Of a DNA stretch of 64,000 nucleotides, positions 43,501 to 57,200 are shown in pieces. The stretch spans positions 64,728,001-64,792,000 of the forward strand of contig JANJGN010000013.1 in assembly GCA_026770705.1 (NCBI GenBank), written 5' to 3'. Every line of letters begins with the position of its first letter. The first letter of the stretch is position 1. The notes beneath the pieces were generated by a model. That model was given only the letters and a program-made list of their open reading frames with translations. It was not told the DNA's origin and ran no database searches. The translations under genes and the position numbers were made by a program. The DNA comes from Isurus oxyrinchus. Its lineage: Eukaryota.

Positions 43501-45339
43501 CATCAGGTGTCTGAGTAACCAGAGCATCAGGTTGCCGATTAACCAGGGCATCAGCTGTCAGAGCAAACAGGGCATCAGGTGATAGAGTAACCAGGGCATC
43601 AGGTGGCACAGTAAGCAGTGCATTATGTGGCAGAGTAACCCGTCCATTCGGTGCCAGATTAACCAGTGCATCAGGTGGCAGTGCAACCAAGGCATCAGTT
43701 GGCAGAGTAACCATGGCACCAGATGGCTGAGTAACCAGAGCATCACTTGGCAGCATAACCAGAGCATGAGGTGGCAGAAAAACCAGAGCATCAGGTGCCA
43801 GAGTCACCAGAGCATCAGGTGCCTGAGTAAACAGAGAATCAGGTGTCAGAGTAACCAGAGCTTTATGTGGCAGAGTAACAAGGGCATCAGGTGGCAGATT
43901 AACCAGAACATCAGTTGGCAGAGTAACCAGAGCATTAGGTGGTGGAGCAACCAAAGAATTAGAGGCTCTAGTAACCAGAGCATCAATTGGCAGAGTAAAC
44001 AGAGCATTAAGTGCCAGAGTAACCAGAGCTTTAGGTAGCAGAGTAATCAGGGAATCAGGTGCCAGAGTAACCAGAGCATCAGTTGGCAGAGTAACCAGAG
44101 AATCAGGTTGCTGATTAACCAGACATCAGCTGTCAGAGCAACCAGGGCATCAGGTGGTAGATCAACCAGGGCATCAGGGGCTCTAGTAACCAGACCATCA
44201 GTTGGCAGATTAAACAGAGCATTAAGTGCCAGAACAACCAGAGCTTTAGGTAGCAGTGTAATCAGGGAATCAGTTGGCAGAGTAACCAGAGCAACAGTTG
44301 GCAGAGTAACCAGAAGAACAGGTGCCAGAGTTTCCAGGGCATCATGTGCCAGAGCAAATGGAGCATCAGCACTCTGCATAACCAGAGCATCAGGTGGCAG
44401 AGTAACCAGTAAATCAGGTGCCAGAGTAATCAGAACATCATGAGGCGGAGTAAGAAGAGCAGCAGGTGCCGGAATAATAAGAGCATGAGATGCCGCAATA
44501 ACCAGTGCATCATTTGGCAGAGTAACTATTGCAACAGTTGCCAGAGTTGCCATGGCATCAGGTGCCAGTGTAAACAGCGCATCAGGTGGCAGAGTAACCA
44601 GAGCATCAGGTGCCAGAATAAACAGAGCATCAGTTGCCAGTGTAACCAGAGAATCAGGTGACAGATTTAACAGAACATCAGTTGGCAGAGTAACCAGAAC
44701 ATCAGGTGCCAGTGTTTCCAGTGCATCCGGTGCCAGAGGAACCATAGCATCAGCTGTATGAGTAACCAGAGCATCAGGTTGCCAATTAACCAGGGCTTCA
44801 GCTGTCAGAGCAACCAGAGCATCAGGTAGCAGAGCAACCAGTGCATCAGTTACCCAAGTAATCAGGGCATCTGGTGGCAGAGTAACCAGAGCATCAGCTG
44901 GCAGAGTAACAAGAGCATCAGACGCCAGAGTAACCAGAGCATCAGGTGGCAGAGTAACCAAGGCAACAGGTGCCAGAGTACCAGTGCATCATTTGGCACA
45001 GTAACCGCAGCATCAGGTGTCAGAGTAACCAAAGCATCAGTTGGCAGAATAAACAGAGCATCAGTTGGCAGAGTAACTAGAACATCAGGTGCCAGAGTTT
45101 CCAGGGCATCAGGTGCCGGAGCAACCAGAGCTTAAGCTGTCTGAGTAATCAGTGCATCAGGTGCCAGAGTTAACAGGGCATCATCTGCCAGATCAACCAG
45201 AGCATCAGTCGGCAGAGCAACCAGGGCATCAGTTGCTAGGATAACCATGGCATCAAGTGCTAGATTAACTAGGGCACCACTCGCCAGAGTAAACAGAGCA
45301 TCAGGTACCAGAGTAATCAGGAAATCTGGTTGCAGTGTA

Positions 45340-45600
45340 ACCAGAGCATCAGCTGGCTGAGTAACCAGAGCATCAGATGCCAAATTAACCAGAGCTTCAT
45401 GTGGCAGAGTAACCAGGGAATCAGGGGCCAGTGTAACCAGAGCATCAGGTGGCTGTGTAACCAGAGTATCAGATGCCAAATTAACCAGAGCTTCATGTGG
45501 CAGAGTAACCAGGGAATCAGGGGGTAGTGTAACCAGAGCATCAGGTGGCTGTGTAACCAGAGTATCAGATGCCAAATTAACCAGAGCTTCATGTGGCAGC
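45340..45600. repeat. 96-bp (4-monomer) local tandem repeat, ~3 copies
   Basis: GCCAAATTAACCAGAGCTTCATGTGGCAG is at 45379, 45475 and 45571. Confidence 0.88.
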
Positions 45601-48600
45601 ACAACCAGGGCATCAGTTCGATGAGTTACCATGGCATCATGTGGCTGAGTAAGCAGAGAATCTTTTGGCAACATAACCAGGGAATCAGTTGTCAGAGTTA
45701 ACAGAGCATCAGATGCCAAAATAACAAGGGTATCAGGTGCCTGAGTAACCAGACTATCAGGTGCTCTATTAACCAGTGCCTCAAGTGCCAGAGCAATTAG
45801 AGCTTTATGTGGCAGAGTAACGAGGACATCAGGGGACAGAATAATCAGAGCATCAGTTGGCAGAGTAACCAGGACATCAGTTGCCAGGGTTTCCAGGACA
45901 TCAGGTACCAGAGCAACCAGGGCATCAGATGCTGGAGAAACCAAAGCATCAGGTGATAGAGTAACAAGGGAATCAGGTGGCACAGAAACCAGAGCATCAG
46001 CTGTCAGAGTAACAAGAGCATCAGGTGCCAGAATAATAAGAGCATGATGTACCAGAATAAGCAGTGCAACATTTGGCAGAGTAACTATTGCATTAGGTGC
46101 CAGAGTTGCCATAGCATCAGGTGCCAGTGTAAACAGAGCATCAGGTGGCAGAGTAACCAGAGCATCAGTTGCCAGAGTACCAGTGCATCAGGTGCCAGAG
46201 TAAACAGAGCATCAGATGCCAGAGTTAACAGGGCATCAGCTGCCAGAGCAACCACAGCATCAGTTGGCAGAGCAACCAGAGCATCAGTTGGCAGAGTAAC
46301 GATAAACATTGCATCAAGTGCCAGATTGACTAGAGCATCATTTGCCAGAGTAATCAGAGCATCAGATGCCAGAGTAACTAGGGCATCAGACCCCAAAGTA
46401 ACCAGGGCATCATGTAGGAGAGTAAACAGAGCGTCAGGTGGCAGAACAACTAGGGCATCAGGTGGTAGAGTAACCAGAACATCAGGTTGCCGAATAATCA
46501 GGGCATCAGGTAACAGAGTAACCACAGTATCAGTTGGCAGAGTAACCAGAGCATCAGTTGGCAGAGTAAACAGAACATCAGGTGCCAGTGTTTCCAGTGC
46601 TTCAGATGCCAGAGGAACCATAGCATCAGCTGTCTGAGTAACCGGAGCATCATGTTGCCATTTAACCAGGGCTTCAGCTGTCAGAGCAACCAGAGCATCA
46701 GGTAGCAGAGCAACCAGGGCATCAGTTACCCAAGTAATCAGGGCATTTGGTGGCAGAGTAACCAGAGCATCAGCTGTCTGAGTAACGAGAGCATCAGATA
46801 CCAGAGTAACCAGAGCATCAGGTGGCAGAGTAACCAGGGCAACAGGTGCCAGAGTACCAGTGCATCATTTGCCACAGTAACCACAGCATCATGTGTCAGA
46901 GTAACCAGAGCATCAGTTGGCAGAATAAACAGAGCATCAGTTGGCTGAGCAACCAGAACATCGGGTGCCAGAGTAACCGAGCTTTAGGTAGCAGAGTAAC
47001 CAGAGCATCAGGTGGCAGAGTAACCAGAGCATCAGGTGGCAGAGTAACCAGAGCATCAGGTGGCAGAGGAACCAGAGCATCAGGTGGCAGAGTAACCAGA
47101 GCATCAGTTGGCAGAGTAAACAGTGCATCAGTTGGCAGAGTAACCAGAACATCAGGTGCCAGAATTTCCAGGGCATAAGCTGCCGGAGCAACCAGAGCAG
47201 CAGGGGACAGAACAATGATGGCATCAGTTGGCAGAGCAACCAGGGCATCAGGTGCTGGGGTAACCATGGCAGCAAGCACCAGATTAATCAGGGCATTATT
47301 TGCCAGAGTAACCAGTGATCAGGTGGCAGAGTAACTAGGGCATCAGATGGCAAAGTGACCAGAGCATCATGTAGGAGAGCAACCAGGGTATGAGGTGCCA
47401 GAGTAAGCAGAGCATCAGGTGCTCTATTAACCAGTGCCTCAGGAGCCAGAGCAACTAGAGCTTTATGTGGCAGAGTAACGAGGGCATCAGGTGACAGAAT
47501 AATCAGAGCATCTGTTGGCAGAGTAACCAGAGCATCAGGTGGCAGACTAACCAGAACATCAGGTGCCAGAGTTTCCAGGACATCAGGTGCTGGAGCAACC
47601 AGGACATCAGGTGTCTGTGTAATCAGAGCATCAGGTTGCTGATTGACCAAGGCATCAGCTGTCAGAGCAACCAGGATATCAGGTGCCGGAGCAACCAGGG
47701 CATCAGATGCTGGAGAAACCAAGACATCAAGTGATAGAGTAACAAGGGAATCAGGTGGCACAGAAACCAGAGCATCAGCTGGCAGAGTAACAAGAGCATC
47801 AGGTGCCGGAATAATAAGAGCTTGAGGTGCCAGAATAACCAGTGCATTATTTGGCAGAGTAACTATTGCATCAGGTGCCAGGTTTGCCATAGAATCAGGT
47901 GCCAGTGTAAACAGAGCAACAGGTGGCAGAGTACCCAACTGCATCAGTTTCCAGAGTACCAGTGCATCAGGTGCCAGAGTAACCAGACCATCAGCTGCTT
48001 GAGTTAACAGAGCATCAGCTGCCAGAGCAACCAGTACAGCAGTTGGCAGAGCAACCAGGGCATCAGGTGCTAGGGTAACTAGAACATCAGATGACAAAGT
48101 AACCAGAGCATCATGTGGGAGAGTAACCAGGGCATCAGGTGCCAGAGTAACCAGAGCATCAGGTGGCTGAGTAATCAGAGTATCAGATGCCAAGATAACC
48201 AAAGCTTCATGTGGCAGAGTAACCAGGGCATCAGGTGTCAGAGTAACCAGAGCATCATGTGCCAGAGCAACCGAGCTTTAGGTAGCAGAGTAATCAGGGC
48301 ATCAGGTGGAATAGTAAAAAGAGCATCAGATGGCAGAGCAAACAGAGCATCAGTTGCTAGGATAACCATGGCATCAAGTGCCAGATTAACTAGGGCACCA
48401 CTTGCCAGATTAATCAGAGCATCAGGTACCAGAGTAACCAGGAAATCTGGTAACAGTGTAACCAGAGCATCAGGTGGCTGAGTACCCAGAGTATCAGATA
48501 CCAAATTAACCAGAGCTTCATGTGGCAGCACAACCAGGGCATCAGTTGGATGAGTAACCATGGCAGCATGTGGCTGAGTAAGCAGAGAAACTTTTGGCAG

Positions 48601-51239
48601 CATAACCAGGGCATCAGTTGTCAGAATTAACAGAGCATCAGATGCCAGAATAATGAGGGTATCAGGTGCCTGAGTAACCAGACCATCAGGTGCTCTATTA
48701 ACCAGTGCCTCAGGTGCCAGAGCAATTAGAGCTTTATGTGGCAGAGTAACGAAGGCATCAGGTGACAGAATAATCAGAGCATCTGTTGGCAGAGTAACCA
48801 GAGCATCAGTTGGCAGAGTAACCAGAACATCAGGTGCCAGAGTAACCAGAACATCAGGTGCCAGAGTTTCCAGGGCATCAGGTGCCAGAGGAACCAGGGC
48901 ATCAGGTGTCTGTGTAATCAGAGCATCAGGTTGCCGATTCACCAAGGCATCAGCTGTCAGAGCAACCAGGGCATCAGATGCTGGAGAAACCAAGGCATCA
49001 GCTGATAGTTTAACAAGGGAATCAGATGGCACAGAAACCAGAACATCAGCTGGCAGAGTAACAAGAGCATCAGATCCCAAAGTAACCAGAGCTTGACGTG
49101 GCAGAGTAACCAGACCATCAGGTGCCAGAGTGAGCAGAGCATCAGGTGTCTGAGTAACCAGAGCATCGGGTTGCCGATTAACCAGGGCATCAGCTGTCAG
49201 AGCAAACAGGGCATCAGGTGGCGGATCAACCAGGGCATCAGGTGCTCTAGTAACCAGAGCATCAGTTGGCTGGGTAAACAGAGCATTAAGTGCCAGAGTA
49301 AACAGAGCTTTAGGTAGCAGAGTAATCAGGGAATCAGGTGGCAGAGTAACCAGAGCATCAGTTGGCAGAGTAACCAGAGCATCAGTTGGCAGAGTAACCA
49401 GAGCATCAGTTGGCAGAGCAACCAGGGCATCAGTTGCTAGGATAACCACGGCACCAAGTGCCAGATTAACTAGGGCATGACTTGCCAGAGTAGTCAGAGC
49501 ATCAGGTACCAGAGTAACCAGGAAATCTGGCAGCAGTGTAACCAGAGCATCAGGTGGCTGAGTAACCAGAGTAAGGGATGCCAAATTAACCAGAGCTTCA
49601 TGTGGCAGAGTAACCAGGGAATCAGGTGGCAGTGTAACCAGAGCATCAGGTGGCTGTGTAACCAGAGTATCAGATGCCAAATTATCCAGAGCTTCATGTG
49701 GCAGAGCAAACAGGGCATCAGTTGGATGAGTTACCATGGCATCATGTGGCTGAGTAAGCAGAGAATCTTTTGGCAGCATAACTAGGGCATCAATTGTCAG
49801 AGTTAACAGAGCATCAGATGCCAGAATAACGAGGGTATCAGGTGTCTGAGTAACCAGACCATCAGGTGCTCTATTAACCAGTGCCTCAGATGCCAGAGCA
49901 ACAAGAGCTTTATGTGGCAGAGTAACAAGGGCAGCAGGTGACAGAGGAATCAGAGCATCCGTTGGCAGAGTAACCAGAGCATCAGTTGTCAGAGTAACCA
50001 GAACATCAGGTGCCAGAGTTTCCAGGATATCAGGTGCCTGAGCAACCAAGGCATCAGATGCTGGAGAAACCAAGCCATCAGGTGATAGAGTAACAAGGGA
50101 ATCAGGTGGCACAGAAACAAGAGCATCAGCTGGCAGAGTAACAAGAGCATCAGGTGCCAGAATAATAAGAGCAAGAGGTGCCAGAATAACCAGTGCATTA
50201 TGTGGCAGAGTATCTATTGCATCATGTGCCAGGTTTGCCATAGCATCAGGTGCCAGTGTAAACAAAGCATCAGATAGCAGAGTCACCAGAGCATCAGGTG
50301 CCAGAGTAACCAGAGCATCAGGTGCCAGAGCAACCAGAGCATCAGTTAGCAGAGCATACAGGGCATCAGCTGCTAGGATAAAAATTGCATCAAGCGCCAG
50401 ATTTACTAGGGCATCATTTGCCAGAGTAATCAGAACATCAGGTGCGACAGTGACCAGGGCATCAGATCCCAAAGTAACCCGGGCATCATGTAGGAGAGTA
50501 AACAGAGCTTCAGGTGGCAGAACAACAAGGGCATCAGGTGATAGAGTAACCAGAACATCAAGTTGCCGAATAAGCAGGGCATCAGGTAGCAGAGTAACCA
50601 CAGTATCAGTTGGCAGAGTAACCAGAGCATCAGTTGGCAGAGTAACCAGAACATCAGGTGCCAGTGTTTCCAGTGCATCAGGTGCCAGAGAAACCATAGC
50701 ATCAGCTTTCTGAGTAACCAGAGTATCAGATGCCAAATTAATCAGAGCTTCGTGTGGCAGAGCAACCAGGGAATCAGGTGCCAGTGTAACCAGAGCATCA
50801 GGTGGCTGTGTAACCAGAGTATCAGATGCCAAATTAACCAGAGCTTCATGTGGCAGAGCAACAAGGGCATTAGGTGGATGTGTTACCATGGCATCATGTA
50901 GCAGAGTAAGCAGAGAAACTTTTGGCAACATAACCAGGGCATCAGTTGTCAGAGTTAACAGAGCATTAGATGCCAGAATAATGAGGGTATCAGGTGCCTG
51001 AGTAACAAGACCATCAGGGGCTCTATTAACCAGTGCCTCAGATGCCAGAGCAATTAGAGCTTTATGTGGCAGAGTAACCAGAACATCTGGTGCCAGAGTA
51101 ACCAGAGCATCAGGCAGCAGAGTACCCAAATGCATCAGGTGCCAGAGTAAACAGAGCATCAGGTGCCAGATTTAACAGGGCATCAGCTGCCAGAGCAACC
51201 ACAGCATCAGTCGGCAGAGCAACCAGAGCATCAGTTGGC

Positions 51240-54200
51240 AGAGCAACCAGGGCATCAGTTGCTAGGATATACATTGCATCAAGCGCCAGATTTACTAGGG
51301 CATCATTTGCCAGAGTAATCAGAACATCAGATGCCAGAGTAACCAGGGCATCAGATCCCAAATTAACCAGGGCATCATGTAGGAGAGTAAACAGAGCATC
51401 AGGTGGCAGAACAACTATGGCATCAGGTGGTAGAATAACCAGAACATCAGGTTGCCGAATAATCAGGGCATCAGGTAGCAGAGTAACCACAGTATCAGTT
51501 GGCAGAGTAACCAGAGCATCAGTTGGCAGAGTATCCAGAACATCAGGTGCCAGTGTTTCCAGTGCATCAGGTGCCAGAGGAACCATAGCATCAGTTGTCT
51601 GAGTAACCAGAGCATCATGTTGCCATTTAACCAGGGCTTCAGCTGTCAGAGCAACCAGAGCATCAGGTAGCAGAGCAACCAGGGCATCAGTTACCCAAGT
51701 AATCAGGGCATCTGGTGGCAGAGTAACCAGAGCATCAGCTGTCTGAGTAACCAAAGCATCACGTTGCCATTTAACCAGGGCTTCAGCTGTCAGAGCAACC
51801 AGAGCATCGTGTAGCAGAGCAACCAGGGCATCAGTTACCTAAGTAATCAGGGCATCAGGTAGCAGAGTACCAGTGCATCATTTGGCACAATAACCGCAGC
51901 ATCAGGTGTCAGAGTAACCAGAGCATGTTGGCAGAATAAACAGAGCATCAGTTGGCAGAGTAACCAGAACATCAGGTGCCAGTGTAACCGAGCTTTAGGT
52001 AGCAGAGTAATCAGGGCATCAGGTGGCAGCATAACCAGAGCATCAGTTGGCAGAGTAAACAGTGCATCCGTTGGCAGGGTAACCAGAACATCAGGTGCCA
52101 GAGTTCCCAGGGCATAAGCTGCCAGAGTAACCAGAGCACCAGGTGGCAGACTAAACAGGGCATCAGCTGCTAGGGTAAACATGGCATCAAACACCAGATT
52201 AATCAGGGCATCATTTGCCAGAGTAACCAGAGCATCAGATCCCAGAGTAACTAGGGCATCAGATGGCAAAGTAACCAGAGCATCATGTGGGCGGGTAACC
52301 AGGGCATCAGCTGCCAGATTAAGCAGAACATCAGGTGGCAGAGCAACTAGGAAATCAGGTGGCAGTGTAACCAGAGCATCAGGTGGCTGAGTAACCAGAG
52401 TATCAGATGCCAATTAACCAGAGCTTCATGTGGCAGAGTAACCAGGGAATCAGGTGGATGAGTTATCATGGCATCATATGGCTGAGTAACCAGAGAATCT
52501 TTTGGCAACATAACCAGGGTATCAGATATCAGGGTTATAAAAGCATCAGAGGTCAGAATAACGAGGGTATCAGGTGCCTGAGTAACCAGACCATCAGGTG
52601 CTCTGTTAACCAGTGCCTCAGATGCCAGAGCAACTAGAGCTTTATGTGGCAGAGTAACAAGGGCATCAGGTGACAGAATAATCAGAGCATCCATTGGCAG
52701 AATAACCAGAGCATCAGTTGTCAGAGTAACCAGAACATCAGGTGCCAGAGTTTCCAGGACATCAGGTGCCGGAGCAACCAGGGCATCAGATGCTGGAGAA
52801 ACCAAGACATCAGGTGATAGAGTAACAAGGGAATCAGGTGGGACAGAAACCAGAGCATCAGGTACCAGAATAATAAGAGAATGAGGTGCCAGAATAACCA
52901 ATGCATTATGTGGCAGAGTATCTATTGCATCAGGCGCCAGGTTTGCCATAGCATCGGGTGGCAGAGTAACCATAGCATCAGGTGCCAGAGTAACCCGAGC
53001 ATCAGGCGGCAGAGTACCCAAAAGCATCAGTTGACAGAGTACCAAAGCATCAGGTGCCAGAGTAACCAGTGCATCAGATGGCAGAGTAACCAGAGCATCA
53101 GGTGCCAGAGTAACCCGAGCATCAGGCGGCAGAGTACCCAAAAGCATCAGTTGACAGAGTACCAAAGCATCAGGTGCCAGAGTAAACAGAGCATCAGGTA
53201 CCAGAGTTAACAGGGCATCAGCTGCCAGAGCAACCAGAGCATCAGCTGGCAGAGCAACCAGGGCATCAGTTGCTAGGATATACATTGCATCAAGCGCCAG
53301 ATTTACTAGGGCATCATTTGCCAGAGTAATCAGAACATCAGATGCCAGAGTAACCAGGGCATCAGATCCCAAATTAACCAGGGCATCATGTAGGAGAGTA
53401 AACAGAGCATCAGGTGGCAGAACAACTATGGCATCAGGTGGTAGAATAACCAGAACATCAGGTTGCCGAATAATCAGGGCATCAGGTAGCAGAGTAACCA
53501 CAGTATCAGTTGGCAGAGTAACCAGAGCATCAGGCGGCAGAGTACCCAAAAGCATCAGTTGACAGAGTACCAAAGCATCAGGTGCCAGAGTAACCAGTGC
53601 ATCAGATGGCAGAGTAACCAGAGCATCAGGTGCCAGAGTAACCCGAGCATCAGGCGGCAGAGTACCCAAAAGCATCAGTTGACAGAGTACCAAAGCATCA
53701 GGTGCCAGAGTAAACAGAGCATCAGGTACCAGAGTTAACAGGGCATCAGCTGCCAGAGCAACCAGAGCATCAGCTGGCAGAGCAACCAGGGCATCAGTTG
53801 CTAGGATATACATTGCATCAAGCGCCAGATTTACTAGGGCATCATTTGCCAGAGTAATCAGAACATCAGATGCCAGAGTAACCAGGGCATCAGATCCCAA
53901 ATTAACCAGGGCATCATGTAGGAGAGTAAACAGAGCATCAGGTGGCAGAACAACTATGGCATCAGGTGGTAGAATAACCAGAACATCAGGTTGCCGAATA
54001 ATCAGGGCATCAGGTAGCAGAGTAACCACAGTATCAGTTGGCAGAGTAACCAGAGCATCAGTTGGCAGAGTATCCAGAACATCAGGTGCCAGTGTTTCCA
54101 GTGCATCAGGTGCCAGAGGAACCATAGCATCAGTTGTCTGAGTAACCAGAGCATCATGTTGCCATTTAACCAGGGCTTCAGCTGTCAGAGCAACCAGAGC

Positions 54201-57200
54201 ATCAGGTAGCAGAGCAACCAGGGCATCAGTTACCCAAGTAATCAGGGCATCTGGTGGCAGAGTAACCAGAGCATCAGCTGTCTGAGTAACCAAAGCATCA
54301 CGTTGCCATTTAACCAGGGCTTCAGCTGTCAGAGCAACCAGAGCATCGTGTAGCAGAGCAACCAGGGCATCAGTTACCTAAGTAATCAGGGCATCAGGTA
54401 GCAGAGTACCAGTGCATCATTTGGCACAATAACCGCAGCATCAGGTGTCAGAGTAACCAGAGCATCTGTTGGCAGAATAAACAGAGCATCAGTTGGCAGA
54501 GTAACCAGAACATCAGGTGCCAGTGTAACCGAGCTTTAGGTAGCAGAGTAATCAGGGCATCAGGTGGCAGCATAACCAGAGCATCAGTTGGCAGAGTAAA
54601 CAGTGCATCCGTTGGCAGGGTAACCAGAACATCAGGTGCCAGAGTTCCCAGGGCATAAGCTGCCAGAGTAACCAGAGCACCAGGTGGCAGACTAAACAGG
54701 GCATCAGCTGCTAGGGTAAACATGGCATCAAACACCAGATTAATCAGGGCATCATTTGCCAGAGTAACCAGAGCATCAGATCCCAGAGTAACTAGGGCAT
54801 CAGATGGCAAAGTAACCAGAGCATCATGTGGGCGGGTAACCAGGGCATCAGCTGCCAGATTAAGCAGAACATCAGGTGGCAGAGCAACCAGGAAATCAGG
54901 TGGCAGTGTAACCAGAGCATCAGGTGGCTGAGTAACCAGAGTATCAGATGCCAATTAACCAGAGCTTCATGTGGCAGAGTAACCAGGGAATCAGGTGGAT
55001 GAGTTATCATGGCATCATATGGCTGAGTAACCAGAGAATCTTTTGGCAACATAACCAGGGTATCAGATACCAGGGTTATAAAAGCATCAGAGGTCAGAAT
55101 AACGAGGGTATCAGGTGCCTGAGTAACCAGACCATCAGGTGCTCTGTTAACCAGTGCCTCAGATGCCAGAGCAACTAGAGCTTTATGTGGCAGAGTAACA
55201 AGGGCATCAGGTGACAGAATAATCAGAGCATCCATTGGCAGAATAACCAGAGCATCAGTTGTCAGAGTAACCAGAACATCAGGTGCCAGAGTTTCCAGGA
55301 CATCAGGTGCCGGAGCAACCAGGGCATCAGATGCTGGAGAAACCAAGACATCAGGTGATAGAGTAACAAGGGAATCAGGTGGGACAGAAACCAGAGCATC
55401 AGGTACCAGAATAATAAGAGAATGAGGTGCCAGAATAACCAATGCATTATGTGGCAGAGTATCTATTGCATCAGGCACCAGGTTTGCCATAGCATCGGGT
55501 GGCAGAGTAACCATAGCATCAGGTGCCAGAGTAACCCGAGCATCAGGCGGCAGAGTACCCAAAAGCATCAGTTGACAGAGTACCAAAGCATCAGGTGCCA
55601 GAGTAACCAGTGCATCAGATGGCAGAGTAACCAGAGCATCAGGTGCCAGAGTAACCCGAGCATCAGGCGGCAGAGTACCCAAAAGCATCAGTTGACAGAG
55701 TACCAAAGCATCAGGTGCCAGAGTAAACAGAGCATCAGGTACCAGAGTTAACAGGGCATCAGCTGCCAGAGCAACCAGAGCATCAGCTGGCAGAGCAACC
55801 AGGGCATCAGTTGCTAGGATATACATTGCATCAAGCGCCAGATTTACTAGGGCATCATTTGCCAGAGTAATCAGAACATCAGATGCCAGAGTAACCAGGG
55901 CATCAGATCCCAAATTAACCAGGGCATCATGTAGGAGAGTAAACAGAGCATCAGGTGGCAGAACAACTATGGCATCAGGTGGTAGAATAACCAGAACATC
56001 AGGTTGCCGAATAATCAGGGCATCAGGTAGCAGAGTAACCACAGTATCAGTTGGCAGAGTAACCAGAGCATCAGGCGGCAGAGTATCCAGAACATCAGGT
56101 GCCAGTGTTTCCAGTGCATCAGGTGCCAGAGGAACCATAGCATCAGTTGTCTGAGTAACCAGAGCATCATGTTGCCATTTAACCAGGGCTTCAGCTGTCA
56201 GAGCAACCAGAGCATCAGGTAGCAGAGCAACCAGGGCATCAGTTACCCAAGTAATCAGGGCATCTGGTGGCAGAGTAACCAGAGCATCAGCTGTCTGAGT
56301 AACCAAAGCATCACGTTGCCATTTAACCAGGGCTTCAGCTGTCAGAGCAACCAGAGCATCGTGTAGCAGAGCAACCAGGGCATCAGTTACCTAAGTAATC
56401 AGGGCATCAGGTAGCAGAGTACCAGTGCATCATTTGGCACAATAACCGCAGCATCAGGTGTCAGAGTAACCAGAGCATCTGTTGGCAGAATAAACAGAGC
56501 ATCAGTTGGCAGAGTAACCAGAACATCAGGTGCCAGTGTAACCGAGCTTTAGGTAGCAGAGTAATCAGGGCATCAGGTGGCAGCATAACCAGAGCATCAG
56601 TTGGCAGAGTAAACAGTGCATCCGTTGGCAGGGTAACCAGAACATCAGGTGCCAGAGTTCCCAGGGCATAAGCTGCCAGAGTAACCAGAGCACCAGGTGG
56701 CAGACTAAACAGGGCATCAGCTGCTAGGGTAAACATGGCATCAAACACCAGATTAATCAGGGCATCATTTGCCAGAGTAACCAGAGCATCAGATCCCAGA
56801 GTAACTAGGGCATCAGATGGCAAAGTAACCAGAGCATCATGTGGGCGGGTAACCAGGGCATCAGCTGCCAGATTAAGCAGAACATCAGGTGGCAGAGCAA
56901 CCAGGAAATCAGGTGGCAGTGTAACCAGAGCATCAGGTGGCTGAGTAACCAGAGTATCAGATGCCAATTAACCAGAGCTTCATGTGGCAGAGTAACCAGG
57001 GAATCAGGTGGATGAGTTATCATGGCATCATATGGCTGAGTAACCAGAGAATCTTTTGGCAACATAACCAGGGTATCAGATATCAGGGTTATAAAAGCAT
57101 CAGAGGTCAGAATAACGAGGGTATCAGGTGCCTGAGTAACCAGACCATCAGGTGCTCTGTTAACCAGTGCCTCAGATGCCAGAGCAACTAGAGCTTTATG

